Shown: in pieces, positions 26,270-35,340 of the stretch | Position numbering within the stretch: the first letter of the stretch is position 1 | How the letters are laid out: each line of letters begins with the position of its first letter | Assembly (NCBI GenBank): GCA_017991415.1 | Contig: JAGOQR010000003.1 | Location: 108,279-172,278, forward strand | Source of the DNA: Candidatus Magasanikiibacteriota bacterium | GTDB lineage: Bacteria; Patescibacteriota; Patescibacteriia; Magasanikbacterales; GWA2-37-8 | DNA: 64,000 nt | Direction: 5' to 3' | The notes under the pieces: model-generated | Told to the model about the DNA's origin: nothing | Database searches by the model: none | What the model saw: only the letters and a program-made list of their open reading frames with translations | Made by a program: the position numbers and the translations under genes

Positions 26270-27235
26270 ATGATTATTTATCTCTACGGCGAAGATACCT
26301 TTGGCAGTCGTCTTTATCTCTCGCAACAAATAGAGCGGTTTAAAAAAGAAAGAGACCCGCAAGGTATGAATGTGGTTTTTTTAGATGGCCAAAAACAAAA
26401 TAGTAGCCAGCTTTGGAATGAGATTGTTTCCAGCCCATTTTTGGCTGAAAAGAAGATGATAATAATTAAAAATGTTTTATCTACCAAAGATACCGAAGTG
26501 CTTGAGTCTTTTGTGGTTGGTATAAAAGAAAACAAAATTCCAGAAAAAAATGTAATTATATTTTGGCAAGGTGAAACACTGGGTAAATCTAAAATGGCCC
26601 AGGAGCTGCAGAAAACACTAGCCAAAGAAAAGTGGGCAAAAGAATTTCCCGCCTTGGTTGGGGCAAGTATGGTTGCTTGGATAAAAACAGAGGTGGTAAA
26701 TCGTGGAGGTAGTATAGCGAATGTTGCCGCCACTTATTTGGCTCAAAATATCGGCAAGGATACTTGGTATGCCAATTCGCTTATTGACCAACTTATTGCA
26801 TACACAAATAAAAAAGAAATATCACTAGCTGATGTGCAAATTTTTTTGGAAGAAAAAACTGATGATAATATTTTTAATATGGTTGATGCGATTGTGGCGG
26901 GGAATAAAAAAACTGCCTTTAAGATGCTAACCGAACAGCGTCGTTTGGGCGAAGAAGAAGGCTATATTTTTAGTATGATACTGCGACAATTTAGAATTCT
27001 TATTTCGATGCGTGATTTATTTAATCGACAAGAAAATATATCAAGTGATGAGATTGCCAAGTTGTTGTCGCTACATCCATTTGTTGCCAAAAAAAGTTTG
27101 CCACTCATTAAAAAGTACTCGCTCGATAAGTTAAAAAATACGTATGCTCAGCTACTCGAAATTGATATAAAAACAAAGACTGGCTTTGCAGACCAGTCTT
27201 GGCTTATTGATGTTCTTGTTGGAAAATTATCCTGA
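26270..27235 (+). CDS. holA: DNA polymerase III delta subunit.
   Basis: 321 aa. N-terminal IYLYGEDTF signature and AAA+-lid-like helical C-terminus. Confidence 0.75.
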   Translation: MIIYLYGEDTFGSRLYLSQQIERFKKERDPQGMNVVFLDGQKQNSSQLWNEIVSSPFLAEKKMIIIKNVLSTKDTEVLESFVVGIKENKIPEKNVIIFWQGETLGKSKMAQELQKTLAKEKWAKEFPALVGASMVAWIKTEVVNRGGSIANVAATYLAQNIGKDTWYANSLIDQLIAYTNKKEISLADVQIFLEEKTDDNIFNMVDAIVAGNKKTAFKMLTEQRRLGEEEGYIFSMILRQFRILISMRDLFNRQENISSDEIAKLLSLHPFVAKKSLPLIKKYSLDKLKNTYAQLLEIDIKTKTGFADQSWLIDVLVGKLS

Positions 27236-27239
27236 ATTT

Positions 27240-27485
27240 TTATTTTGTTGCTTTGTTTAGTTTTTTCATCAAGCGTGATAGTTTGCGGGAAGCAGTATTT
27301 TTCTTGATAACTCCAGTTCTCGCAGCTTTGTCTAGTGCTTGTTGAGCAGCTTTGATCATATCAGCAGCTTTGGTTTTTTCTGCCTTCTTTAAGAGGTCTT
27401 TGTAGGTTTCACGGCGCACCTTGTTTAAAGCGGCACGCTTTTTCATTTTGCGGAGTTCTTTTTTAGCACTTTGAATGTTAGGCAT
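27240..27485 (-). CDS. rpsT: 30S ribosomal protein S20.
   Basis: 81 aa. MPNIQSAKKELRKMKKRA... highly basic helical protein. Confidence 0.85.
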   Translation of the reverse strand: MPNIQSAKKELRKMKKRAALNKVRRETYKDLLKKAEKTKAADMIKAAQQALDKAARTGVIKKNTASRKLSRLMKKLNKATK

Positions 27486-27618
27486 AGTGTAACGTTACGT
27501 TTGAAAAATTAATTAAGATGTAATAATCAACAAAAATGAGAGTGAAGTTTGTCAATTGTTAATAGCAATAGACTACTATGTTTTTTAAAAAAAGTCAAGG
27601 ATTTTGGCAAAAATAACC

Positions 27619-28692
27619 TTAGTTTTCCGAATCTGGTTTATCGAGCAGGACCTGTTCAAAATCTATAGAATTACCTGTAATTCGCACTACATCTTTGTCG
27701 ATTTTTTTAAATTCTTTGCTGGAGCTGTTGTAGTGGTTTACTACCGTGCCGAGAGATGAGCCTAGCTTTTCGTGGTATTCCTCGTATTTTTTTAGGTGTG
27801 CACCAATTTCCCCTACCCTTTTAATAATATCTTTGGTAGTTTCTTCGATTTGCATAGCCTTGAGGCCTTGCAACACAGTTTGAAGATAGGCGAGAAATGA
27901 TGTCGGTGAAACAATAATCACTTTGTATTTACCAGCTGCTCGCTGAATAAGGTTTTCATCTTCTTTATCTGCAATTTTATTTATAAGCAAGTCGTAATAT
28001 ATAGCTTCATGAGGAATAAACATGAATGCAAAATCCATTGTTCTTTCTTCGGGGCGAATATATTTGGCGGTTTCGGTAATGCGCAGTTTAAGGTCGTTTA
28101 CGAAAAGTTTTTCTAATCTTGATTTCTCGGTAGAGTCTGTTGTCTCAATCATCCTATTATAATTTTCTAAAGAAAATTTTGAATCAACAGGAATAATTTT
28201 ATCTTTTACAAAAACTGCCGCATCTACTATTTCGCCATTAGCAAATCCGTATTGCATCTGATATTGACTGGGCGCCAGTACATTTTTGAGTAATGTTTCT
28301 AAATAATATTCACCAAGGATTCCTCGTTGTTTTGGGTTCTTAAGAATGTCTTGCAGACTTTGTAATTGATCGGTAAAATTTACTACTTGGCGATTTGTTT
28401 CGTCGAGTTTGGTTAGTCGTTCGGTGACATCGGTAATTATTTTCATGCTTTGACCAAATTGTGATTGGATAGTTTTGTTTAAGTTTGTTTGTGTTTCATT
28501 CATGACTTTGTGCGTGTCGGTAATTTTTTGTTCTACCAAGCGGTTGAGGTCCTGGATTTGATTTTGCAGCATGAGAAATAAATTGTGGTCACCTTCTTTG
28601 GTGTCGCCCTTTTGTCGTTTGCTTATCATAATAATTACGACCGCAAGGCCACAGATAATAATCGCGAGAATTATAGGTAAGAAATTTTGCAT
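27619..28692 (-). CDS. rmuC: DNA recombination protein RmuC.
   Basis: N-terminal TM, coiled-coil, C-terminal RmuC nuclease-like region (QRGILGEYYLETLL). Confidence 0.8.
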   Translation of the reverse strand: MQNFLPIILAIIICGLAVVIIMISKRQKGDTKEGDHNLFLMLQNQIQDLNRLVEQKITDTHKVMNETQTNLNKTIQSQFGQSMKIITDVTERLTKLDETNRQVVNFTDQLQSLQDILKNPKQRGILGEYYLETLLKNVLAPSQYQMQYGFANGEIVDAAVFVKDKIIPVDSKFSLENYNRMIETTDSTEKSRLEKLFVNDLKLRITETAKYIRPEERTMDFAFMFIPHEAIYYDLLINKIADKEDENLIQRAAGKYKVIIVSPTSFLAYLQTVLQGLKAMQIEETTKDIIKRVGEIGAHLKKYEEYHEKLGSSLGTVVNHYNSSSKEFKKIDKDVVRITGNSIDFEQVLLDKPDSEN

Positions 28693-28842
28693 ATAGGTTT
28701 AATTGTAGTCTGGAATTAGGAAAATATCAACCCAAGGCATATTGATTGCCAAAAGATTTTTTTTTAGATAGAATGCAGCCATCGCCCCCATAGTTTCCGC
28801 CCAAGGCGGATCAGCCTCGGGCTGACAACGGATTCAAAATAA

Positions 28843-28914
28843 GCCCCCATAGTTCAACGGATAGAACAGGCCCGTCCTAAGGGCAAGATGTGTGTTCAAT
28901 TCATGCTGGGGGCA
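28843..28914 (+). tRNA. tRNA-Arg (CCT).
   Basis: Acceptor GCCCCCA/TGGGGGC. D-arm with GG. Anticodon loop GTCCTAA. T-loop TTCAATT. Confidence 0.7.
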
Positions 28915-28957
28915 CGAGTTTTAGGAAACAATAAAGTTTCCAGTCTTCCTAATATAT

Positions 28958-29299
28958 ATGTCTACCAAACAATCTACGATAGATTATATTTTAGACCAGC
29001 TCTCTTTTTTAAGAGATGTCACTGCTCGTAAAATGTTTGGCGAATATGCGCTGTACTATAATGGTAAGGTTGTGGCACTTGTGTGTGACAACACCCTGTA
29101 TGTAAAAATTACTGAACCAGGTAAAGAGTTTGTTGGGGCATATTATAAAGAAGGCTTCGCATATCCAGGGGCCAAGCCATCGATGGTAATTGATGAAGAT
29201 AATCTTGAAAATCAAGAGTGGTTAAGTGAGCTTGTAATGATAACTGAAAAAAACTTACCAATGCCAAAGATAAAGGTGAAAAAGAAAACGATAAAATAA
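28958..29299 (+). CDS. TfoX/Sxy N-terminal-domain protein (competence-regulator family).
   Basis: MFGEYALYYNGKVVALVCDNTLYVK matches the TfoX_N fold signature. 113 aa. Confidence 0.7.
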   Translation: MSTKQSTIDYILDQLSFLRDVTARKMFGEYALYYNGKVVALVCDNTLYVKITEPGKEFVGAYYKEGFAYPGAKPSMVIDEDNLENQEWLSELVMITEKNLPMPKIKVKKKTIK

Positions 29300-29300
29300 T

Positions 29301-29327
29301 TTATCTACTACACAGTGTAGTAGATAA
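29301..29327. repeat. Perfect 13-bp-arm palindrome TTATCTACTACAC-A-GTGTAGTAGATAA, abutting the tfoX stop at the boundary of a GC-rich segment.
   Basis: Exact inverted repeat with no T-run. Confidence 0.6.
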
Positions 29328-29499
29328 GCCTGGACCCAGTAGATGAGTCAAAATAAGGAGGTTGATAAAAACCTTTATAAAACAAAAACGCCGATGGTGT
29401 GACCCATGGCGTGGACGACGAAGAGCCTTGGCCAGGGCTCTTTTTGCTGTTCTGTTACAGTTGTGTTTCGGTAAGGCCAGTAGCCTATGCCGAAAAAAA

Positions 29500-30402
29500 C
29501 TACAAGACCAGCATTGCTCGAAATAGTGCAGCCAGTGGCGGCGGCAAATATCCGAGGTCAGGCGCATCCTGGTGCAAATTGGTCTCTGCTGGCAGCATGG
29601 CTATTATCTGGGCTCCCAGGTTTGCAATCTCCTGATTGGCGTTTTCAGGATATTGCCTTCTTAGCATCCAGAGTTCGGTCTGGCCGAACTCGTTTCCAGT
29701 TCGAAGCATAATACACTCGCCTTCGTCAGACTCTGGTGGTCCGCACGAGTGGTCGAGGTAGTTGTCTCCGCAATAGTGATGCGAGAAGGCAGTGCACCAG
29801 CCGTTGCCATCTTCTGGATTGGGACAAAGGTGTCCCGCCTCGTGCCCAATGATTGTTGGGTGAATGAGGAAGATGGTCTTACCAGTGGCGTACGAAGCCA
29901 GGCCGTTGTAGCCGACGCTGACAATGATGTCAGCGTCTTCTCCAGTGAGCGTGACCCCTTGGCCAGCCTTGTTGAACACAACGGTGAAGTTGTATCCAGG
30001 GTAGACTGCTTCCACGTACCTTTCCAGTAGGCTACGGAAGGCCTCTTCTTTTTCTGGCGTCCAGCCGTCTTGGAAAAACGCGTCGCGTCGGCCAGTTCCG
30101 CCGTAGTAGGTGACGAGCACCTTGATCTCGGCGTCCTGGTTCCTACAGCGAGCGTGGATGTAGGCTAGGGCGTAGGAACCTTGCTGGTCTTTCAGCCAGG
30201 CTTGCAAGACTGGCGAAAGTTGAGAGTTTTCGATCTCGGCTTCGTATCCCGAAAGGATGAAGTTCCGAACGTTCGGATCTTGACACCGGTCAGGAGCGGC
30301 AAGCTCGCCAGCGTCAGGCAAACTTGGCTCTTCAACAGGGCTGCACCCGTTGCTGATAAGAGCCAGAAATACGAACAGAACCAAAAAGGCCCTGTAGCTC
30401 AT
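29500..30402 (-). CDS. Secreted, probably lipid-anchored HExxH zinc metallopeptidase encoded in GC-rich (about 55%) DNA.
   Basis: AAGGAG Shine-Dalgarno 7 nt before the ATG at 30402. Signal peptide MSYRAFLVLFVFLALISNGCS. IIGHEAGH HExxH motif. Cys-rich C-terminal region. Local GC far above the genome average. Confidence 0.55.
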   Translation of the reverse strand: MSYRAFLVLFVFLALISNGCSPVEEPSLPDAGELAAPDRCQDPNVRNFILSGYEAEIENSQLSPVLQAWLKDQQGSYALAYIHARCRNQDAEIKVLVTYYGGTGRRDAFFQDGWTPEKEEAFRSLLERYVEAVYPGYNFTVVFNKAGQGVTLTGEDADIIVSVGYNGLASYATGKTIFLIHPTIIGHEAGHLCPNPEDGNGWCTAFSHHYCGDNYLDHSCGPPESDEGECIMLRTGNEFGQTELWMLRRQYPENANQEIANLGAQIIAMLPAETNLHQDAPDLGYLPPPLAALFRAMLVL

Positions 30403-30738
30403 AGTTTTGACTCCTTGGTTGTCAGTTGCTTGTTTTTTACTATAAATAAGCCATTTTGTCAATGGTTTCTAGAAGGAAAATTTGGGGATAACTCTGTGTA
30501 TAAGTGTGTGAATATGGGGATATTTGTATACACTAATGTATACAAAATTATCCTCTTTTATTTTTTAAAATAGGTTATTTTAGCTCTTTTTCTCTGTTTA
30601 ATCCATATTTTTGATAAAAACTTTAATATCCAGAGTGGTAACTAGCTTGTTATTATTGTTAGGTCTGTAGTATTTAGGACTTTAGATGCATACGGAATTT
30701 TGCAAGATCTTTAATTAGGTTAAGTTTAATGTTAATTG

Positions 30739-30753
30739 TTTCACGTGTAACAT
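30739..30753. repeat. 15-bp direct repeat, copy 1 (TGTTTCACGTGTAAC), immediately 3' of the LAGLIDADG ORF.
   Basis: Identical to 31126-31140. Confidence 0.7.
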
Positions 30754-31119
30754 TTATCTGTAGTGTTTATATAAAAAATTGAGCTTACTTTCAAAATACT
30801 TATTTTTCCAGTTTTCAAATTGGATTTTTTTATTTCCAAACAATCGGCCATCAAATATAGGTATGATTGTATTTTCAATAGTGGATCTCCTTCGTATCAT
30901 CAAAAGAACATAATGGCGACCTTGGTGCGTATATTCATATATTTTTTCGGTTAGACCCATTTTGATTTTTATCATTTCAAATAAAGGGCGTTCAATGGCT
31001 TGCATTTTAAGTTGAAAGACAGGTTGCTCAACCTTACCCTGTTTTACCCAAATAAAAGCACCTTCTCCGATTATGAGTCCTGAAATAAGGTCTAAAGAGG
31101 GTAGGGCTGATTCGTTCAT
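30754..31119 (-). CDS. LAGLIDADG-family homing-endonuclease-like protein (single-motif, I-CreI-like size), free-standing.
   Basis: LISGLIIGEGAF matches the LAGLIDADG motif. 121 aa. Confidence 0.6.
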   Translation of the reverse strand: MNESALPSLDLISGLIIGEGAFIWVKQGKVEQPVFQLKMQAIERPLFEMIKIKMGLTEKIYEYTHQGRHYVLLMIRRRSTIENTIIPIFDGRLFGNKKIQFENWKNKYFESKLNFLYKHYR

Positions 31120-31125
31120 AAAAAT

Positions 31126-31140
31126 GTTTCACGTGTAACT
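31126..31140. repeat. 15-bp direct repeat, copy 2 (TGTTTCACGTGTAAC), 6 nt 5' of the LAGLIDADG start codon.
   Basis: Identical to 30739-30753. Confidence 0.7.
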
Positions 31141-31388
31141 TTTTGTTTCTCTGAGAAACACATTAATTTTAAATAATTAAGTTATTTTTGTCAAATTTGG
31201 TAATTAATTAACTTTTTTAGTTGTATACTGAGTTAGGCAAATTTTTATATTTAAGGAGGGGTGGTAGTGCTCTGTTTGCAGCGCGGTAAGAGAGCTTTTG
31301 AATTTTAATTCAAAGATACTTATGTAGCCGGTCTTTGTATAAAATATGAAACATGATATAATTTACACATTAATAATTTTTTAATTCT

Positions 31389-33686
31389 ATGTTTAATCAG
31401 AATGAAAAGCTAATCAAATTTTTTGACTGGTTTTCGTACGCTCTTGTTTTGCTAAATATTATTGCGGTTCCTCTTTTTATTGATAAGAAATTGCTGAGCG
31501 CATACGTAATGCCGAAACAGTATATTTTTATAGGATTTTTACTTTTTAATCTTCTTTTCTTTGCTTTAAAAACTGTTCTTTCTAAAAAAATTCATTTTCG
31601 TCAGTCTGTACTCGATGTTCCTTTGGTAATATCACTACTTCTTTCTTTAGTTTCGTCTCTTTTTTCTTCTAGTATCTATGATAGTTTTTTGGGTAGGAGC
31701 GAATATTTTGTATTAAATTTTATCTTCCTATTCTTTTTAGTTTTATTTTATTTTATTCTCATCAACTTATTGTATACGCCAGAACGTTGGCGTGGTGTGC
31801 TCGACGCAATAATGGGGGTGGGCGCACTTGTGTCGTTATTGTTTATTATAAAAAATATTTTTAATTTAAATCTTGGTTTCATGGATCAGATTTGGAATTT
31901 AGTTGACGGAACCAACAGCTCCTTTGGTTTGTGGGTTTTGCCAGTTTTTATTCTGGCGGCTGGGTCTCTCATTAAAAAGAATATAAGTGTAGGACGTGCT
32001 TTATTTTATTTTCTTGTCATGATTCTTTCTGTTGAAGTGCTTCTTATTATGGGCTTTGGATTTTTTTGGTGGGTATTGTTACTTGGTCTTGTCCTGTTGT
32101 TATTGTTGGGGGTTAGTTTCCTTCAGGACTCCAGAATGGGATGGTTATCTGTGTTGTTTGCTCTTTTAATTGTTAGTTGTGTCTTTATAATTTTCGGCAG
32201 TCCAAAATCATTGCAATCATCTGTGCCAGCAGAAGTTTCTTTAGACTCAGGTCCGTCATGGTCAATAACAAAAGATGTTTTATTCTCTGGGGCAAAAAAT
32301 TTCTTGGTTGGAAGTGGTCTGGGAACATTTACTGCTGATTTTTCTAAATTTAGAAGTGTTGACTTTAACTATCATCCAACAGCTTGGTCGTTGCGCTTTA
32401 CTCAGCCGATGAATTCCTTGTTCGCTATATTGTCTGAAGGCGGTGTTCTTGTGACGCTTGGTTTTGTGTTTGTAATTCTGTTTGTTTTAGGTCATGTTTT
32501 AAGTACTTGGTTTAAAGCGCGTGGGTCTAGTTTTGGAATTTCTCAGAGTCTTAATTTAACAAAAAGTAACATTCGTTTAGACGTGTTTTTAACTGTTGTA
32601 GCTTGGCTAGTTATGTGTGTAGGGTTAGTAACAAATTTTTATAGTGCTTCGTTATGGATTTTTTGGTGGCTGTTACTTGGTATAATAATTTCTGGTTTGT
32701 CCTTGCTTGGACACAATGTTGTTAAGGATAGATATTGGACTTTAGAAAATACTCCTCAGTATAATTTGGTTTTTTCTTTTAGCGCCATTGTAGTTATGGC
32801 CATGGTTGTGATGGTGGGAATTTTGGGATCGCGGTTTTATGTTGCCGAACGAGTCTTTGCTAAATCTTTGCAAGAAAATCAATATACAGTAATAGAATCT
32901 GATTTACAAAAAGCAATTTCTTTGCGTCGTAGTGTTGATATTTATCATACCGCTATTGCCCGTGCTTATTTAGTTCGAGCGAGCGAGCTGGCTCAAGAAG
33001 CTAATCCTAATGTGCAAGAAGTTACTGATTTGTTAGCAAAAGCGGTGAATGAATCAAGAGTTGCTACGGAAATTTCTCCAAGTGCAGTAGCTATCTGGGA
33101 AAATTTAGCAACAATGTATGAAAATACCTCCGCGTTGCTACCTGAAGCAACAGACTGGGCAGTAAAATCTTTGGTGCAGGCCAGTGACCTGGAACCAACT
33201 AACCCTGTTCTCATGTGGCGCTTGGGAAATAACTACATGTTACAAAATAACTTTGGCAAGGCAATTGAATATTACCAAAAAGCAATTGCGTTAAAAAAAG
33301 ATTATCTCGGCGCTTATGTAGGTTTAGCCAATGCTTTTGAATCGAATAAAGAAATAGATAGCGCTGTTGAAGTGTATAAAAATCTGTTGCAGTCTGGAGT
33401 ATCTAATAACTCTGAGGTATTATTTAACTTTGGTAGATTATTATATAATCGTGCTGAGAAAGGGGATAAGGCTGATGCTGAAAAACTTTGGTTGGAAGCT
33501 GTGCGGTTGCAGCCAAATTATTCTAATGCCCTTTATAGTCTGGGTCTTTTGTACGAAAATAAAGGTGATAAAAATAAAGCCTTAGAATTTTATTATAAAG
33601 TAAAAGATTTGAATCCGGGTAATAAGGATATTGTTGAAAAAATAAAATCATTACTCGCAGGAGCTAATGTAGAAAAAAGTCCTTAA
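31389..33686 (+). CDS. Polytopic membrane protein (Wzy/O-antigen-ligase-like, about 12 TM) fused to C-terminal TPR repeats.
   Basis: N-terminal 480 aa are hydrophobic with multiple TM segments. C-terminal 250 aa carry TPR-like repeats (AIEYYQKAIALKKDYLGAYVGLANAF; ALEFYYKVKDLNPGN). Confidence 0.5.
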   Translation: MFNQNEKLIKFFDWFSYALVLLNIIAVPLFIDKKLLSAYVMPKQYIFIGFLLFNLLFFALKTVLSKKIHFRQSVLDVPLVISLLLSLVSSLFSSSIYDSFLGRSEYFVLNFIFLFFLVLFYFILINLLYTPERWRGVLDAIMGVGALVSLLFIIKNIFNLNLGFMDQIWNLVDGTNSSFGLWVLPVFILAAGSLIKKNISVGRALFYFLVMILSVEVLLIMGFGFFWWVLLLGLVLLLLLGVSFLQDSRMGWLSVLFALLIVSCVFIIFGSPKSLQSSVPAEVSLDSGPSWSITKDVLFSGAKNFLVGSGLGTFTADFSKFRSVDFNYHPTAWSLRFTQPMNSLFAILSEGGVLVTLGFVFVILFVLGHVLSTWFKARGSSFGISQSLNLTKSNIRLDVFLTVVAWLVMCVGLVTNFYSASLWIFWWLLLGIIISGLSLLGHNVVKDRYWTLENTPQYNLVFSFSAIVVMAMVVMVGILGSRFYVAERVFAKSLQENQYTVIESDLQKAISLRRSVDIYHTAIARAYLVRASELAQEANPNVQEVTDLLAKAVNESRVATEISPSAVAIWENLATMYENTSALLPEATDWAVKSLVQASDLEPTNPVLMWRLGNNYMLQNNFGKAIEYYQKAIALKKDYLGAYVGLANAFESNKEIDSAVEVYKNLLQSGVSNNSEVLFNFGRLLYNRAEKGDKADAEKLWLEAVRLQPNYSNALYSLGLLYENKGDKNKALEFYYKVKDLNPGNKDIVEKIKSLLAGANVEKSP

Positions 33687-33692
33687 TACTGT

Positions 33693-34325
33693 ATGCGTAC
33701 CGTTGGTTTGTTTGTAATTATTTCTCTCTTTTTTTCTCTTGGTTTTCCATCTGTTTCTTTGGGTGTTATGTCATCAACAAACTATACAATCTTTGCCGAC
33801 AGTATTGATTCTGGCGGTGGGCTTAGCGTGGGAGGCGTTTATAGCTTAGAAGACACTATTGGCGAATCTGCAGTTGGGTCGATAGTAAGTAGTACCTATG
33901 AAATTTTAGGGGGGTATCAGGCAATGGACTGGAGTGTTTTGCAGATAGAAATTGATACTAATTCGATTGATTTAGGGAGCTTGACGACTGCGCAAGTGGC
34001 TAGTTCGTCGGCACTTGTCTCTGTTACTGCTAATGCTGCTAGCGGGTATGTCTTGTCGGTGGGTAGTGTCGGAGGAAGTAGCTTGGCGCCAGTAAGTGAC
34101 GGTGCGGTAACTGCTGGCCAGGAAGAGTATGGTGTAGCAGTCAGTAGCGCTGATGCAGTATTTAATGACGATAGAGAGATAATAGCCGGGTTAAATTTAT
34201 CCGTGTCTAGTACCGCCGTAGTTGCAGCGCCAAGTAGTCTTGTTTTTAAAGCTGCAATTTCTGCTGGTACTGCTGCAGGTGTAAGAAGTCAATCTATTAT
34301 TTTGGCTGCTTCCACTAACATTTAA
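33693..34325 (+). CDS. Secreted Ser/Gly/Val-rich hypothetical protein.
   Basis: Signal peptide. No recognisable catalytic motif. First gene of the surface-protein cluster. Confidence 0.4.
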   Translation: MRTVGLFVIISLFFSLGFPSVSLGVMSSTNYTIFADSIDSGGGLSVGGVYSLEDTIGESAVGSIVSSTYEILGGYQAMDWSVLQIEIDTNSIDLGSLTTAQVASSSALVSVTANAASGYVLSVGSVGGSSLAPVSDGAVTAGQEEYGVAVSSADAVFNDDREIIAGLNLSVSSTAVVAAPSSLVFKAAISAGTAAGVRSQSIILAASTNI

Positions 34326-34331
34326 TTGACT

Positions 34332-35195
34332 ATGAAAATAAAGTTTTTTGTTCTTGTCGTGGTTGCAGTTTTATTTGCAGGTGTTTTACCAGTAAGAGCT
34401 TTTGAAATTTCGCCAATTAAAATGCTTATTACTGCAGATCCAGGTACAAATCAAACTGTGGTTTTAAAAATAAAAAATTCAGAAAAAAATGATGCAGTAT
34501 TTTTGCTCAACGTGTTTGGTGTTAGTCAAAATAATTCTGGAACACCTCTTTTTGAGAGGGGTGTTAGTCCTGCTGAGTCCTGGGTTTATCCCGAAGATAA
34601 TAAAGCTACGATAAAAAAAGGAGAGACTAGGTCAGTTAATTTTATAATTAAAGTTCCAGCAGATGCTACTCCAGGCTCTTACTACTTAGGGCTATCGGCC
34701 GAGCCTCAGACTGATAAACAGAGTGCGAGCAGCCTAAGTTCGAGATTAGTCTCTTTGCTCACTGTCCAGGTAAGCGGTGTTGTGCAAGAGTCTGTTTTGA
34801 TTGAAAAATGGGAAAAGACTGCTGGCTCTGAAGACGGTAAAAAATGGAAATTTAACCTCAATCTAAAAAATAACGGTTCGGTAGAGGTGCCAATGCGTGG
34901 TTTAGTCACATTTAAAAATTTTAAAGGTGATGCAGTTTTTGCTGAAACAATAGCTTTGGGGAATAAATTGCTAGCTGGATCACGACGAGTTATTGTGTCA
35001 GAAATTAGTGTTGACAATAGGATTATGATACCAGGTTTGTATCAAGCTCACATTGCTTTAAATTATGGAAAAACTAATCAACAAGTATCGGCCACGACTT
35101 ATATTTGGTATTTTCCAGTATGGAGTAAGGTAGCTGCGGGATTTTTAGCGTTGATAGTAGTAGGATTTTTGTTTATGAAACTAAGGAAAAAATAA
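34332..35195 (+). CDS. Cell-surface protein with N-terminal signal peptide and C-terminal TM anchor plus basic tail (architecture like DUF916/DUF3324 surface proteins).
   Basis: MKIKFFVLVVVAVLFAGVLPVRA signal. C-terminal VAAGFLALIVVGFLFMKLRKK. The ATG at 34332 is preferred over the track's TTG at 34326. Confidence 0.45.
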   Translation: MKIKFFVLVVVAVLFAGVLPVRAFEISPIKMLITADPGTNQTVVLKIKNSEKNDAVFLLNVFGVSQNNSGTPLFERGVSPAESWVYPEDNKATIKKGETRSVNFIIKVPADATPGSYYLGLSAEPQTDKQSASSLSSRLVSLLTVQVSGVVQESVLIEKWEKTAGSEDGKKWKFNLNLKNNGSVEVPMRGLVTFKNFKGDAVFAETIALGNKLLAGSRRVIVSEISVDNRIMIPGLYQAHIALNYGKTNQQVSATTYIWYFPVWSKVAAGFLALIVVGFLFMKLRKK

Positions 35196-35340
35196 ACTGA
35201 TTATTTTGTAAGCTATTTTTAAAATTTTTTTATAATTGCCAGCAAGGCAATTATTTTTTTACTTATCCACATCTGCCGCAAGTCGTTATATATAAAATAA
35301 GGCAAAAAAAGAGTATACTATGTATATATAAAGAAGGAGC

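Noticed and set aside
29399-30030. Plus-strand ORFs of 74-93 aa within the GC-rich metallopeptidase segment
   Set aside because: They overlap the longer minus-strand gene, which has a signal peptide, HExxH and SD. They are typical spurious frames in GC-rich DNA.
31255-31300. AAGGAGG followed by a GTG-initiated 15-codon mini-ORF upstream of the Wzy-like gene
   Set aside because: Too short and unsupported. It may be part of a leader or promoter region. Noted only.
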